From: Gemmatimonadales bacterium
GTDB taxonomy: Bacteria > Gemmatimonadota > Gemmatimonadetes > Gemmatimonadales > JACORV01
Direction of reading: 5' to 3'
Length of the DNA stretch: 64,000 bases
Assembly: GCA_049513575.1 (NCBI GenBank)
Contig: JBEKVZ010000004.1
Span: forward strand, 3,152-67,151
Shown here: piece by piece, positions 51,065-61,594 of the stretch
Layout: each line of letters begins with the position of its first letter
How positions within the stretch are numbered: position 1 is the stretch's first letter
The notes under the pieces: generated by a model
Seen by the model: the letters and a program-made list of their open reading frames with translations, nothing else
What the model was told of the DNA's origin: nothing
Databases searched by the model: none
Translations under genes and position numbers: made by a program

Positions 51065-53728
51065 TCAAGGCCAACGCGCCCCCGCCGGCGGAGCGCCGAG
51101 GACCCGCCGCAACGCCTCGTAGGCGCGTGCGAACGCCGCCCAGTCCCCGCGGCGCGAGGCCGAATCGAGCGCGGCAAACGCGGCGCGCGCCTCCTTGAAC
51201 GACGCGGCTGCCCCAGCGAAAGAGGCTGCCGGCGCTCCGCGGCCGGAGGCCAGCGCCTCCGCCGCACTCCTGACGCCGTCGCCAACGCCCAGTCGCCCCG
51301 ACGCGAGCAGCGCGGCACCGCGGGGCATCAATGGGTCCTGGGCGCGGCGCTGCGACGCGAACAAGAACTGCAGATACGCGACGGTTCCCGCCGCCGGGAG
51401 CGCCGCCACCGCGCTGCGCCGCACCGCGCCGTCCGGGCCGGCCGCGCCTGCGACGGCAGCGACGACGGCCGGCGCGGAAGCGAATCGGGTGGCCGCTGCA
51501 GCGACGGTCGGGAACGGTCCGCCCGTCAGGCGCAGCAGGCGCATCCAGGGGGTGCCGTCGGGGCGCGCGGCGCCCGCAGCGATCGCCACCAGCGAGTTTC
51601 CGGCGGCGTCGGCCAGCGGTGCCAGGCGCCACAGCGCCGGTGGCCCGCCGTCGAGCGAGAGCAACACCTCCGCCGCCGGCCTGAGCGCCCGACCCTCATT
51701 CCCGGGCGTCGCTTGATCGGGCTCCTGCCGTGCGACGATCCAGCGCTCGTCGCCCGCGTCGCCGCGGTGCCGCGCCACCATCTCGACCTGCGCGCCGAAG
51801 AGCTGCTCCGGATACCCGAGATGCGCCTTGAGCTCGGGGCCGAGGCTGTCGGACGGCAGCGGAGCGGTGCCGTAGCCTTCCGCCAGGGCGGACGCGAACG
51901 CCAGATCCGGCGGGCGGAGATAGAGGCGGGTCCGGCCGCTGACGGCGTCCACGATCGCGACGAACGCGGCGCGCAGGAAGTTCACGGCGTCGCCGTTCCA
52001 GGGCACGTGCTCGGCGAGCGGGAAGCGCGCGGATGCGAGATAGCCGTCCGACACCCAGAGCAGGCGGCCCTCCACCAGGGTCGCGCGCGGCGCGTCGAAC
52101 GACGCGAAGGGGTACAGTCGCTCGAGCCGGCGCGGCACGTCGCGCCAGACGAGCAGCCGGTCCGCGACGCTGGTGCGCCGGTCGAGCAGCGGCGGGGATT
52201 GGAGCGCCCAGGCGAGGAGCAGGCGACGCACGAAGCCGCCGAGCCTCAGCCCCGCCGGGCCGCCCGGAGCCGTGGGCTCGTCGGGACCGACGATGGCGCT
52301 CTCCGCGGCGCGCGCGAGATAGCGGATGCGTCCCGGCGCGCGCGTCAGCGGCACTGGTGCGGCCGTGCCGGTCGCGACGTCGGGCCGTGTCAGAAAGGAG
52401 AGCCCCGCCGCGTCCACGTCGGCGGCTACCGCCACCGGTTCCCCGGCCCACGATAGCGGCCCGCGGTGCGACGCGGTCCAGTCGGGGCGGCGCGGTGCTC
52501 GCTCGAGCCCGAGCGCATCCGTTTCCGGCACCGCGAGGGCGACGAGCCTCGGCGACGCGCCCGCCCCGCCGTAAACGTCCAGTGTCACGGTCCAGGCGCG
52601 CGGCCGCTCGCTGTCGGTCAGCCCGGCGCTCAGCGCGGCCTCGAGGAGCTCCGGCTCGAGGGCCCATGGCGAGACGCCGCCGAGGTCGCGGCCCAGGGCC
52701 GCGAGGCTGTCGTCGGGGACCGCCGCTCGGGCACCCAGGCGCTCGTCGCTCACCGCGTCCAGCACGCCGAGGCCGGCGCGCGAATACCGGTCGTCGTACT
52801 GCGCAAGAGCCAGCGCGACCTCCGGGTCGGGTCGGCCGCGCCAGGCCTCCCACAGGTAGGGCGCCACGAAGCGCCCCAGGACGGCCACCAGCGCGAGGGT
52901 CGCCCACGCCGCGAGCAGGACGCCGGTCCGCCGAAGGCGCAGGGTCGCGACGCTCCCGGCGGCCACCACGAGCGACAGCGCCGCCAGCGCCGCGGACGCC
53001 GGCAGCCGGATCGCGCGGTCGGCCGGCGAGAGGGCGCCATTCGCGCTGCCGCCGCCCCCGACGATGCCGAAGGCGTCGAGCTGAAAGCCCCAGGCGAGGA
53101 CCAGCGCGAGGCAGGCGGCCAGCACGATCAGGTGCACGCGCGCGTGCGGCGTCATCCGCAAGCGGCGCGCGCCGTAGGTGATGCTCCCGGTCAGCGCGTA
53201 GAGCGCCGCCGCCACGAAGATCGCGAAGAGCACGAGGGCGAGCGCGGCGAGGTGCAGCTTCTCCAGCAGCGGGAGGGTCGCGAGGTAGAAGGAGGCGTCC
53301 CGCCCGAGGATCGGCTCGCGCAGGTCCAGCGGCGTCGCGTGGCGCGCGAGGGTGATCAGGTCCGGCAGGTCGGCGAAGGTCACGGCGGTCACGATGCCGA
53401 GCAGGAGCGCGAGCGCGATGGCGATCCAGCGCAGGGTGCGGCGCGGCACCGCCTCGGCGATCTCGAGGTCGCCGACCCGCCGCGGCAGGTGCACGGCCCC
53501 GATCGAGCGGTAAACGCCGAAGGTCTGGGCTGCGTACCAGAGCGTGGCGCCCGCGGCGACGGCCAGCTGCCATCCGAGGTCGTGGAACAGGCGCGCCCAG
53601 TACTCGCGTGCCATCCCTAGGTCGGCGAACCAGGAGGCCTCGGTGTAGCGGATGGCGAGGAACCGGCCGCCGAACAGCACGACGAACACGGTCGCGACCG
53701 CGTAAAGCGCGACGCGCCGCCGGCTCAT
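51065..53728 (-). CDS. UPF0182 family large membrane protein
   Basis: 887 aa. Seven or so N-terminal TM segments followed by a large C-terminal domain. The N-terminal pattern RFLAIRYTEASWFADLGMAREYWARL is typical of the family. ATG 53728 overlaps the PMM/PGM stop (ATGA). Confidence 0.8.
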   Translation of the reverse strand: MSRRRVALYAVATVFVVLFGGRFLAIRYTEASWFADLGMAREYWARLFHDLGWQLAVAAGATLWYAAQTFGVYRSIGAVHLPRRVGDLEIAEAVPRRTLRWIAIALALLLGIVTAVTFADLPDLITLARHATPLDLREPILGRDASFYLATLPLLEKLHLAALALVLFAIFVAAALYALTGSITYGARRLRMTPHARVHLIVLAACLALVLAWGFQLDAFGIVGGGGSANGALSPADRAIRLPASAALAALSLVVAAGSVATLRLRRTGVLLAAWATLALVAVLGRFVAPYLWEAWRGRPDPEVALALAQYDDRYSRAGLGVLDAVSDERLGARAAVPDDSLAALGRDLGGVSPWALEPELLEAALSAGLTDSERPRAWTVTLDVYGGAGASPRLVALAVPETDALGLERAPRRPDWTASHRGPLSWAGEPVAVAADVDAAGLSFLTRPDVATGTAAPVPLTRAPGRIRYLARAAESAIVGPDEPTAPGGPAGLRLGGFVRRLLLAWALQSPPLLDRRTSVADRLLVWRDVPRRLERLYPFASFDAPRATLVEGRLLWVSDGYLASARFPLAEHVPWNGDAVNFLRAAFVAIVDAVSGRTRLYLRPPDLAFASALAEGYGTAPLPSDSLGPELKAHLGYPEQLFGAQVEMVARHRGDAGDERWIVARQEPDQATPGNEGRALRPAAEVLLSLDGGPPALWRLAPLADAAGNSLVAIAAGAARPDGTPWMRLLRLTGGPFPTVAAAATRFASAPAVVAAVAGAAGPDGAVRRSAVAALPAAGTVAYLQFLFASQRRAQDPLMPRGAALLASGRLGVGDGVRSAAEALASGRGAPAASFAGAAASFKEARAAFAALDSASRRGDWAAFARAYEALRRVLGAPPAGARWP

Positions 53729-55107
53729 ACCTCGATTCCGCCGACTCCCTGAGCCTTCAGCACCTGCACGGCCTCGCGGCGAATGGTCTCCAGGCCCTGC
53801 GCGCTCCGGGCCTCGAACCGCAGTACCAGGATCGGCTGCGTGTTCGACGCGCGGATCAGCCCCCACCCGTCGCCCGTGCGCCAGCGCACGCCGTCGATGG
53901 TGACCGTCGGATACCGCGCGGCGAAATGGCGGGCGGCGGCCTCCACCACCGCGGTCTTCCGGTCCTCGGCGCAGTCCACCCGGATCTCCGGGGTGGAGAC
54001 GTAGTGCGGCAGCGCGCCCGTGAGAGCCGAGAGGGGCCGCTGCTGCCCCGCGACGATCTTGAGGAGGCGCGCCGCCGCGTACATCGCGTCGTCGTACCCG
54101 AGGTAGTCCGGCGGCCCGAAGAACATGTGGCCGCTCATCTCGCCCGCGAGGATGGCACCGCTCTCCTTCATCTTCTTCTTGATGTACGAGTGCCCGGTCA
54201 TCCACATCACCGGCTTGGCGCCGGCCCGCTCGAGCGCCTCGGCGAGCGCGTCCGAGCACTTCACGTCGAAGATGACCTCCTTGCCGGGGCCAAGGCGGCG
54301 CACCAGGTCCTGGCCGAGGAGGGCGAGGATCTGGTCGCCGAAGATGACCTCGCCGCGCTCGTCCACCGCGCCGATCCGGTCGCCGTCGCCGTCGAACGCG
54401 ATCCCGAGATCCGCGTGCTCCGTGCGGACGCGCGCCTGCAGGTCGCGGAGGTTGGCGAGCACCGTCGGGTCGGGGTGGTGGTTGGGGAAGGTGCCGTCCG
54501 AGTCACAGTAGAGGCGGTCGACCGCGGCGCCGAGCGCCTCGAGGATCGCGGGACCCGCCAGGCTCGCCGTGCCGTTGCCGCAGTCCACGACCACGCGCAG
54601 GGGGCGCTCGAGCGGCCCGATGCGCCCCACGACCTCGCGGTGGTACGCCTCGAGGACGGCGTGCGACTCGATCGTGCCGCGCCCCTTCGCGAACGCGTCG
54701 CGCTCGATCCGCACCCGCAGCGCCTGGACGTCCTCCCCGGCGAACGGCAGCCCGCCCAGCACCATCTTGAAGCCGTTGAACTCGGGTGGGTTGTGGGACC
54801 CGGTGATCTGGACGCCGCCGTCCGCGCGCAGGTGGTGGATGGCGAAGTAGAGCGTCGGCGTGGGAACGAGGCCCACGCCCACGACCCTCGCCCCCGTGGC
54901 CAGCAGGCCGTCGATCAGCGCCGCGGCGAGCCGCTCCCCGCTCGGCCGGTTGTCGCGGCCGACGGCGAGCGACGGCGCGTGCCCCAGCCGGTCCCTCGCC
55001 TCCGAGCCGATCGCCTGCCCCACGGCGCGCGCCACCTCGGGCGTGAGGTCCACGTCCACGGTGCCGCGGATGTCGTATTGCCGGAAAATGACGGGATCGA
55101 TGCGCAT
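53725..55107 (-). CDS. phosphomannomutase/phosphoglucomutase
   Basis: About 460 aa. FRQYDIRG, active-site ITGSHNPPEFNGFK, FDGDGDR, GEMSGH. ATG 55107 is preferred over GTG 55125. Confidence 0.85.
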   Translation of the reverse strand: MRIDPVIFRQYDIRGTVDVDLTPEVARAVGQAIGSEARDRLGHAPSLAVGRDNRPSGERLAAALIDGLLATGARVVGVGLVPTPTLYFAIHHLRADGGVQITGSHNPPEFNGFKMVLGGLPFAGEDVQALRVRIERDAFAKGRGTIESHAVLEAYHREVVGRIGPLERPLRVVVDCGNGTASLAGPAILEALGAAVDRLYCDSDGTFPNHHPDPTVLANLRDLQARVRTEHADLGIAFDGDGDRIGAVDERGEVIFGDQILALLGQDLVRRLGPGKEVIFDVKCSDALAEALERAGAKPVMWMTGHSYIKKKMKESGAILAGEMSGHMFFGPPDYLGYDDAMYAAARLLKIVAGQQRPLSALTGALPHYVSTPEIRVDCAEDRKTAVVEAAARHFAARYPTVTIDGVRWRTGDGWGLIRASNTQPILVLRFEARSAQGLETIRREAVQVLKAQGVGGIEV

Positions 55108-55149
55108 GCTTGGAAGGTGTCCCACCCCGCCCCCGCGGTCCAGCCTGGG

Positions 55150-56673
55150 CTAGTTGGCGGTGGGAACCGGGGCGGGGATGGAGATCACGCCGTGCGGCAG
55201 GAACGCGTGCGAACCGTTCCGCGCGGCGTCGAGGACCAGGTTCGGCCAGAGGCCGAAGACGAGCAGCGCCACGACCAGGACCGCCAGCGTGACCGCCGCC
55301 GTGCGCGGCACGCGCCCGAGCGCGTGGGCCTGGTCGTGCGCCGGCGGCTTCATGTACATCGCCATCACCACCGGCAGGTAGTATCCCGCCGACACGACGC
55401 TGGTCACGACGAGGACCGCCGCTAGGATCGGGTACCCGCCGCCGGTCGCCGACGTAAGGATGTACCACTTGCCGATGAACCCGGCGGTGCCCGGGAACCC
55501 GAGCAGCGAGAGCATGCAGATCGTCATCGCGAAGGCCAGCCACGGGTGCGGCTCGGAGAGCCCCGCGAGGTCGTCTACCAGCACGTCCCGCTCGCCGCCC
55601 CGCCCCTTGAGCGCGAGGATGGCAAACGCACCCATGGTCATCAGCGTGTAGAACAGCAGGTAGACCAGGAGCGCCGCCGCCCCCGCCACCGACCCGGCCA
55701 CCAGCGCCGTGAGCAGGTACCCGGCGTGCGCGATGCTCGAGTAGGCGAGCATCCGCTTCAAGCTGCGCTGCGCCAGCGCGATCAGGTTGCCCACGACCAT
55801 CGTGACGGCCGCCAGCCACCAGATCACCTGTTCCCAGTTGGGATGGATGCCGCCGAAAGCCTGGAGCAGGACGCGCACGAGGGCGGCGAACGCCGCCGCC
55901 TTCACCGCAACCGCCATGAAGGCGGTTACCGGCGTCGGGGCGCCGTCGTACACGTCCGGCGTCCACATGTGGAACGGGACCGCCGCGATCTTGAACCCGA
56001 ACCCGATGAACAGCAGGGCCATGCCCCCGTTCAGCATCGGGTGGCTCACCAGGCCCAGCGGACCGAGCTGCGCCGCGATCAGCGGAAGCTTCGTCGAGCC
56101 GGTGGCGCCGTACAGGAGCGCGATGCCGTACAGGAAGAACGCGGAGGCGAACGCCCCCAGGAGGAAGTACTTGAGCGCCGCCTCGCCGCCCACCCTGCTC
56201 CGGCGGTCGATGCCCGAGAGCACGTAGACCGAAATCGACATCAGCTCGAGGCCGAGGAAGACGACGAACAGGTCCGAGCCGCCCGCCATCAGCATCATCC
56301 CCACCGTGGCGAACAGCACCATCACGTGGTACTCGGGGATGAGGATCCCTTCCCGCTCGAGGTAGCTGATCGAGAAGAGCGTGGCCAGCGCGGCGCCAAG
56401 GAGCACGATCAGGTCCACCGCCCAGCGGAACGCGTCCACCGCGACGCTCGCGGGCGCCCCGACGGCATGGGCGTTCGAGAGCCAGAGGCCGAGCGCGGTT
56501 GCGGCAGCCAGGGCGATCCCGACCAGGGCGAGCACGCCGGCGCGGCGTTGCGCGTCGGGACGCTGGTGGTGCCAGGCGGCGTCCAGGAGCAGCGCCATCG
56601 CCCAGAGCGTGAGCACGGTCTCCGGGAGCAGCGCCCGGACCAGGTCCCATCCGTGCGAAAGATCGAGGGGCAC
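55150..56673 (-). CDS. nuoN: NADH-quinone oxidoreductase subunit N
   Basis: 507 aa polytopic antiporter-like subunit (LGLELMSISVYVL, KYFLLGAFASAFFLYG). Last gene of the nuo operon. Confidence 0.9.
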   Translation of the reverse strand: MPLDLSHGWDLVRALLPETVLTLWAMALLLDAAWHHQRPDAQRRAGVLALVGIALAAATALGLWLSNAHAVGAPASVAVDAFRWAVDLIVLLGAALATLFSISYLEREGILIPEYHVMVLFATVGMMLMAGGSDLFVVFLGLELMSISVYVLSGIDRRSRVGGEAALKYFLLGAFASAFFLYGIALLYGATGSTKLPLIAAQLGPLGLVSHPMLNGGMALLFIGFGFKIAAVPFHMWTPDVYDGAPTPVTAFMAVAVKAAAFAALVRVLLQAFGGIHPNWEQVIWWLAAVTMVVGNLIALAQRSLKRMLAYSSIAHAGYLLTALVAGSVAGAAALLVYLLFYTLMTMGAFAILALKGRGGERDVLVDDLAGLSEPHPWLAFAMTICMLSLLGFPGTAGFIGKWYILTSATGGGYPILAAVLVVTSVVSAGYYLPVVMAMYMKPPAHDQAHALGRVPRTAAVTLAVLVVALLVFGLWPNLVLDAARNGSHAFLPHGVISIPAPVPTAN

Positions 56674-56675
56674 GG

Positions 56676-58295
56676 CTACGGCCTCCTCGCGCCGGACGCG
56701 GTGCTGTCGCGTGACGGGAGTGTCCTGAGCGCCGCCCGCACAGGCGACTCGGGAGTCACCGCGTCGGCCACGGACGGCGCGGGCTTACCCTGCACCGACT
56801 CGATGAAGTGCCGGGCTGACGGCTCCATCCTCCGGAGAACCGGTCCGGGCGCGAGCCCGAGCCACAGAATGACCGCGACCAGCGGCACCAGCACCCCCCA
56901 CTCCCGCGGCACGAGGTCGGTGAGGCTCTGGTTCTCCTTCTTGTCGAGCGGGTAGTAGATGACCCGCTGCAGCGCCCAGAGGAGGTACGCCGCCGCGAAA
57001 ATCACGCCCGTCGCGGCGATGCCCGCGGCGATCGGATGGGTCCGGAAGGTGCCGAGCAGGACGAGGAACTCGCCGACGAAGCCGTTGGTCCCCGGCAGGC
57101 CGATGGACGAGAGGCTCACCAGGGTGAGCACCGCGGCGTAGGCCGGCATCACCCGTGCGATGCCGCCGAAGTCGGCGACGAGGCGGCTGTGGCGGCGCTC
57201 ATAGATCATGCCGACCAGGAAGAAGAGCGCGCCCGTCGAGATGCCGTGGTTGATCATCACCATCAGCGCGCCCTGCGTGCTCTGGATGGTCAGCGCCCAG
57301 ATCCCGAGCACCACGAAGCCGAGGTGGCTCACCGACGAATAGGCGATCAGTTTCTTGAAGTCGGGCTGGACCATCGCGACCAGCGCCCCGTACACGATCC
57401 CCACCACCGCGAGCGTGATGACCACCGCGCTCACGGTCGGGTTAGTCGCGACCGAGGGAAAGAACGGCAGCGCGAACCGCAGGAAGCCGTAGGTCCCCAT
57501 CTTGAGCAGGATCCCCGCCAGGATCACGGATCCGGCCGTCGGCGCCTCGACGTGGGCGTCGGGCAGCCAGGTGTGGAACGGGACCATCGGGACCTTGATC
57601 GCGAACGCCAGGAAGAACGCGCCGAACAGCCAGAACTGCGCCGACATCGGGAGGGTCGCGTAGCGGAGGATGTGATCGTACGCGAACAAGTACGCGCCTC
57701 CCGACGCGCGCCCGGCGTTGAAGTACAGCACCAGGATCGCCACCAGCATCAGGAGCGAGCCGAGGAACGTGTAGATGAAGAACTTGATGCTGGCGTAGAG
57801 CCGGCCCTTCCCGCCCCAGACCCCGATGATGAAGTACATCGGGATCAGCATCACTTCCCAGAAGACGTAGAAGAGGAACAGGTCCATCGCGACGAAGACG
57901 CCGATCATCCCCGTCGTCAGGACCAGCATCAGCGCGTAGTAGGCCTTCTCGCGCTTCGTGATGCCCGACCAGCTGCCCAGCACGGCCAGCGGCATCAGGA
58001 AGGTCGTGAGCAGCACCATGAACAGCGAGATGCCGTCCACGCCGATCCGGTACTCGATGCCCCAGGCCGGGATCCAGGGGAGCGAGCCGCCGACCTGCAT
58101 CGCCGGGCCGGCCGGGTCGTAGGCCCACCACAGGCCGGCCGAGACGACGAACTCCACGAGCGCGACGGCGAAGGCGATCCTCTTCGCGGCCGGGGCCGGC
58201 GCCGCCCAAATCAGCAGCGCGCCGGCGAGCGGGATCAGCAGCAGCGCGCTGACGCCCCAGCGCGCGTAGTCGATGGCGGCGAGGAAGGCGCTCAC
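56676..58295 (-). CDS. nuoM: NADH-quinone oxidoreductase subunit M
   Basis: 539 aa. LFLFYVFWEVMLIPMYFIIGVWGG, HTWLPDAHVEAPTAGSVILAG. GTG 58295 is in frame, 5 nt after the nuoL stop. Confidence 0.9.
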   Translation of the reverse strand: MSAFLAAIDYARWGVSALLLIPLAGALLIWAAPAPAAKRIAFAVALVEFVVSAGLWWAYDPAGPAMQVGGSLPWIPAWGIEYRIGVDGISLFMVLLTTFLMPLAVLGSWSGITKREKAYYALMLVLTTGMIGVFVAMDLFLFYVFWEVMLIPMYFIIGVWGGKGRLYASIKFFIYTFLGSLLMLVAILVLYFNAGRASGGAYLFAYDHILRYATLPMSAQFWLFGAFFLAFAIKVPMVPFHTWLPDAHVEAPTAGSVILAGILLKMGTYGFLRFALPFFPSVATNPTVSAVVITLAVVGIVYGALVAMVQPDFKKLIAYSSVSHLGFVVLGIWALTIQSTQGALMVMINHGISTGALFFLVGMIYERRHSRLVADFGGIARVMPAYAAVLTLVSLSSIGLPGTNGFVGEFLVLLGTFRTHPIAAGIAATGVIFAAAYLLWALQRVIYYPLDKKENQSLTDLVPREWGVLVPLVAVILWLGLAPGPVLRRMEPSARHFIESVQGKPAPSVADAVTPESPVRAALRTLPSRDSTASGARRP

Positions 58296-58300
58296 GCTTC

Positions 58301-60277
58301 CTACTTGAGGAGCGCGGCCAGCACGACGACCGCCCCGAGGACGAAGAAAACGACGTAGGTGCCGACCTGTCCGGACTGGAGCCGGCTCCCGATCCACCCC
58401 AGGCCGCGGGCGAGCGCGGCCGACCCGTTCACGCCGGCGGTGTCGATGACGCCGGCGTCCAGCCCCTTCCACAGGACCACCCGGGAGAACCAGACCAGCG
58501 GCCGCAGGATGAAGCGGTCGTAGAGCTCGTCCACGCGGTACTTCTCGAGCAGCAGCTTGGCGAACCCGGTCTCCTGCGGCGCGCGCTCCGGCGGCACGAG
58601 GGTCTCGGGCTTGAGGATCCGGGTCGCGAGCCAGAGCCCCGCGATGCCGATCAGCGCCGCCGCGACCATCAGGGTGACCTCGACGCCGGTGGACGGCGCG
58701 AGCGCCGGGAGGAAGGCCGCCCCCTGCGCCGTCAGCGGCTCGAGCCAGCGGTGCAGCGTCTCGACGTGCGGAAGGTTGAGCGCGCCGCCGAGGATCGTGA
58801 GCGCGGCCAGCACCACCAGCGGCCCCGTCATCACCCACGGCGCCTCCGCGAGGTGCGGCCGCTCCAGGTCGCCGGTGCGGTTCGGTCCGTGGAAGGTGTA
58901 CAGCATCAGGCGCGCCATGTAGAACGCCGTGAGGAACGCGGCCGCGATGCCGAACAGCCAGACGATCAGGTAGAAAGGCTGTGAGGCGCCGCGGGCGAAC
59001 GCGGCGCCGAGAATCTCGTCCTTCGAGAAGAAGCCGGCCAGCGGCGGGATGCCGGCGATGGCGAGGGTCGCGACCCACATCATGCGCGCCGTCCACGGCA
59101 TGTACGCGGCGAGCCCGCCCATGTTGCGCATGTCCTGCGCGTCGGCGTGGCGGTGCGACTGGTGGTGCGCCCGGTGCATCACGTGGATCACGCTGCCGGC
59201 GCCGAGGAAGAGCAACGCCTTGAAGAAGGCGTGCGTGACCAGGTGGAAGATCCCCGCCGCGTACGCGCCGACGCCGACGCCGACGAACATGTACCCGAGC
59301 TGCGAGACGGTGCTGTAGGCGAGCACCTTCTTGATGTCCCACTGCTTGAGGCCGATGGTCGCTGCGAACAGCGCCGTGAGCGCGCCCACGCCGGCCACCA
59401 CCGCCGATGCCACCGGCGCCATCGCGAACAGGAGGTTGGTGCGCGCCACGAGGTAGACGCCCGCGGTCACCATCGTCGCGGCGTGGATCAGCGCGGAGAC
59501 CGGCGTCGGGCCCGCCATCGCGTCGGGGAGCCAGACGTAGAGCGGGATCTGCGCCGACTTGCCGACGCACCCCATGAACAGGAAGAGCGCGATTGCGGTC
59601 ACCGCCCCGCCACCGGCGGTCAGCCCCTGCGGGGCGCGGGCGAAGGTCTCCCGGAAGTCCAGCGTCCCCAGGTGCGAGAAGATCAGGAACATCGCGATGA
59701 GGAAGCCCACGTCCCCGATGCGGTTCACCAGGAACGCCTTCAGCCCCGCGTCCGCCTTCTCCTTCTCCTCAAACCAGAAGCCGATGAGGAGATAGGAGCA
59801 GAGCCCGACGCCTTCCCACCCGATGAACATCACGGGGAAGCTGGCGCCGAGCACCAGCACGAGCATGAACGCCACGAACAGGTTCAGGTACGCGAAGTAG
59901 CGGGCGTAGCCCGGGTCGTCGTGCATGTAGCCGACGCTGAACAGATGAATCAGCGAGGAGACACCGGTCACGACCAGGAGCATCACGACCGACAGCTGGT
60001 CCACCTGGAGCGCCGCGCTCACCGACAGGTCGCCGACCGGAATCCACGACCACAGGGTTCTCACATACGGCGCGTCCGGGTGCGCCGCGCGCACCGCGAG
60101 GTACACCGCGACCGCGACGACGAAGGCGGCGGCCACCGAGCCGACGCCGATGATCGAGACGGTGCGCTTCGCCTTCGGGCGGAGGAACGCCAGCGCCCCG
60201 TTCACGAGGAACCCGGCGAACGGGAGGAGGATGGCGAGACCCACCCAGTCGACGGCCGTCCCGGCGAGCGGATTCAT
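58301..60277 (-). CDS. nuoL: NADH-quinone oxidoreductase subunit L
   Basis: 658 aa. [47 protein letters not shown] overlap with the nuoK stop. Confidence 0.9.
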   Translation of the reverse strand: MNPLAGTAVDWVGLAILLPFAGFLVNGALAFLRPKAKRTVSIIGVGSVAAAFVVAVAVYLAVRAAHPDAPYVRTLWSWIPVGDLSVSAALQVDQLSVVMLLVVTGVSSLIHLFSVGYMHDDPGYARYFAYLNLFVAFMLVLVLGASFPVMFIGWEGVGLCSYLLIGFWFEEKEKADAGLKAFLVNRIGDVGFLIAMFLIFSHLGTLDFRETFARAPQGLTAGGGAVTAIALFLFMGCVGKSAQIPLYVWLPDAMAGPTPVSALIHAATMVTAGVYLVARTNLLFAMAPVASAVVAGVGALTALFAATIGLKQWDIKKVLAYSTVSQLGYMFVGVGVGAYAAGIFHLVTHAFFKALLFLGAGSVIHVMHRAHHQSHRHADAQDMRNMGGLAAYMPWTARMMWVATLAIAGIPPLAGFFSKDEILGAAFARGASQPFYLIVWLFGIAAAFLTAFYMARLMLYTFHGPNRTGDLERPHLAEAPWVMTGPLVVLAALTILGGALNLPHVETLHRWLEPLTAQGAAFLPALAPSTGVEVTLMVAAALIGIAGLWLATRILKPETLVPPERAPQETGFAKLLLEKYRVDELYDRFILRPLVWFSRVVLWKGLDAGVIDTAGVNGSAALARGLGWIGSRLQSGQVGTYVVFFVLGAVVVLAALLK

Positions 60278-60570
60278 CCGCGCAGCAGGTTGATGCTCTG
60301 GAGGTTCACGGTGTCCCGGTGCCGGTACAGGGCGATCACGATCGCGAGCCCCACGGCGGCCTCCGCGGCGGCCACGGTCATCACGAAGAAGACGAACACC
60401 TGCCCGTCGAGGCCGATCTGCTGCGACAGCGCCACGAACGTGAGGTTCACGGCGTTGAGCATCAGCTCGATGCACATGAAGATCACGATCGCGTTCCGGC
60501 GGAGCAGCACGCCCACCACGCCGAGCGAGAAGAGGATCGCGGAGACCGCGAGGGACGGCCCGAGCAGCAT
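60274..60570 (-). CDS. nuoK: NADH-quinone oxidoreductase subunit K
   Basis: 98 aa. [29 protein letters not shown]. Confidence 0.9.
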   Translation of the reverse strand: MLLGPSLAVSAILFSLGVVGVLLRRNAIVIFMCIELMLNAVNLTFVALSQQIGLDGQVFVFFVMTVAAAEAAVGLAIVIALYRHRDTVNLQSINLLRG

Positions 60571-61082
60571 TACAGCCTCCGCTTGGCGAGCACGACGGCG
60601 CCCACGATGGCGGCCAGCAGCAGCACCGACGTGATCTCGAAGGGCACCAGGTAGCCCTGGAAGAGCGGCTCGGCCACCACGCGCACCGCCCCGCGCTCGG
60701 CCACCGCCCGCTCGACGGTGCCCGGAGGCAGTTGCAGCCACCACGGAGGCGTCACGTTGCGGAGCACGATCAGCTCGCTGACCAGCACCAGCCCGCCGAC
60801 GCCGGCGATCACCTTGCCCCACGGTCCCTTGATGTCGCTGGGGCCGCTGCGGCCGAGGTTGAGGAGCATGATGACGAACAGGAACAGCACCATGATCGCG
60901 CCGGCGTACACGAGCACCTGCACGGCGGCGATGAAGTGCGCGTCCAGCAGGACGTAGATGGCGGCCAGCTGGAACAGGGTGTTGACCAGCCAGAGCGCCG
61001 AAGCCACCGGGCTCTTGCGGGTGATGCACAGGAGTGCCGACCCGATCGCCAGCGCGGCGACGACCCAGAAGACCACGGTCAC
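60570..61082 (-). CDS. nuoJ: NADH-quinone oxidoreductase subunit J
   Basis: 170 aa. [23 protein letters not shown]. Confidence 0.9.
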   Translation of the reverse strand: MTVVFWVVAALAIGSALLCITRKSPVASALWLVNTLFQLAAIYVLLDAHFIAAVQVLVYAGAIMVLFLFVIMLLNLGRSGPSDIKGPWGKVIAGVGGLVLVSELIVLRNVTPPWWLQLPPGTVERAVAERGAVRVVAEPLFQGYLVPFEITSVLLLAAIVGAVVLAKRRL

Positions 61083-61086
61083 GCGC

Positions 61087-61593
61087 TCATTCCCCTTTCG
61101 GGTCCGCGGGGTCCCACAGGCTCGACACCTCGTGGGTCTGGCGCATCAGCCGCTCGAGATCGTAGACGAAGCCCGCGCGGCTGTACTCCGCGTTCTCGTA
61201 GTGCACGCCGACGTGGATCGCCTCTTCCGGACAGACCTCCTGGCAGTAGCCGCAGAAGACGCAGCGGAACTCGTCGATCTCGTACACCAGCGGGTACCGG
61301 TTCCCCTTCTCGTCCTCGCCGGGGATCAGCCGGATGCAGTTGGCCGGGCAGACCTGTGGGCAGAGGCCGCACGCCACGCATTTCGCCTTGCCGTCTTCGG
61401 TCACGGCCATCCGGTGCGTCCCACGCCACCGGCCCGACAGCCTCCACTCGGGCGTCGCGGTCTGCTCCGGGTACTCCATCGTCCACTTCTTCTCGAAGAG
61501 GTGGCGGAACGTCAGCGCCATCCCCTTCAGCGTCGCCCGCATGTACGAGCTCTCGGCCTCCGGTCGGCGCATGGTCTTGACCGCTATCGCCAT
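61087..61593 (-). CDS. nuoI: NADH-quinone oxidoreductase subunit I (2x[4Fe-4S])
   Basis: 168 aa. CVACGLCPQVCP and CVFCGYCQEVCP. Confidence 0.95.
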   Translation of the reverse strand: MAIAVKTMRRPEAESSYMRATLKGMALTFRHLFEKKWTMEYPEQTATPEWRLSGRWRGTHRMAVTEDGKAKCVACGLCPQVCPANCIRLIPGEDEKGNRYPLVYEIDEFRCVFCGYCQEVCPEEAIHVGVHYENAEYSRAGFVYDLERLMRQTHEVSSLWDPADPKGE

Positions 61594-61594
61594 G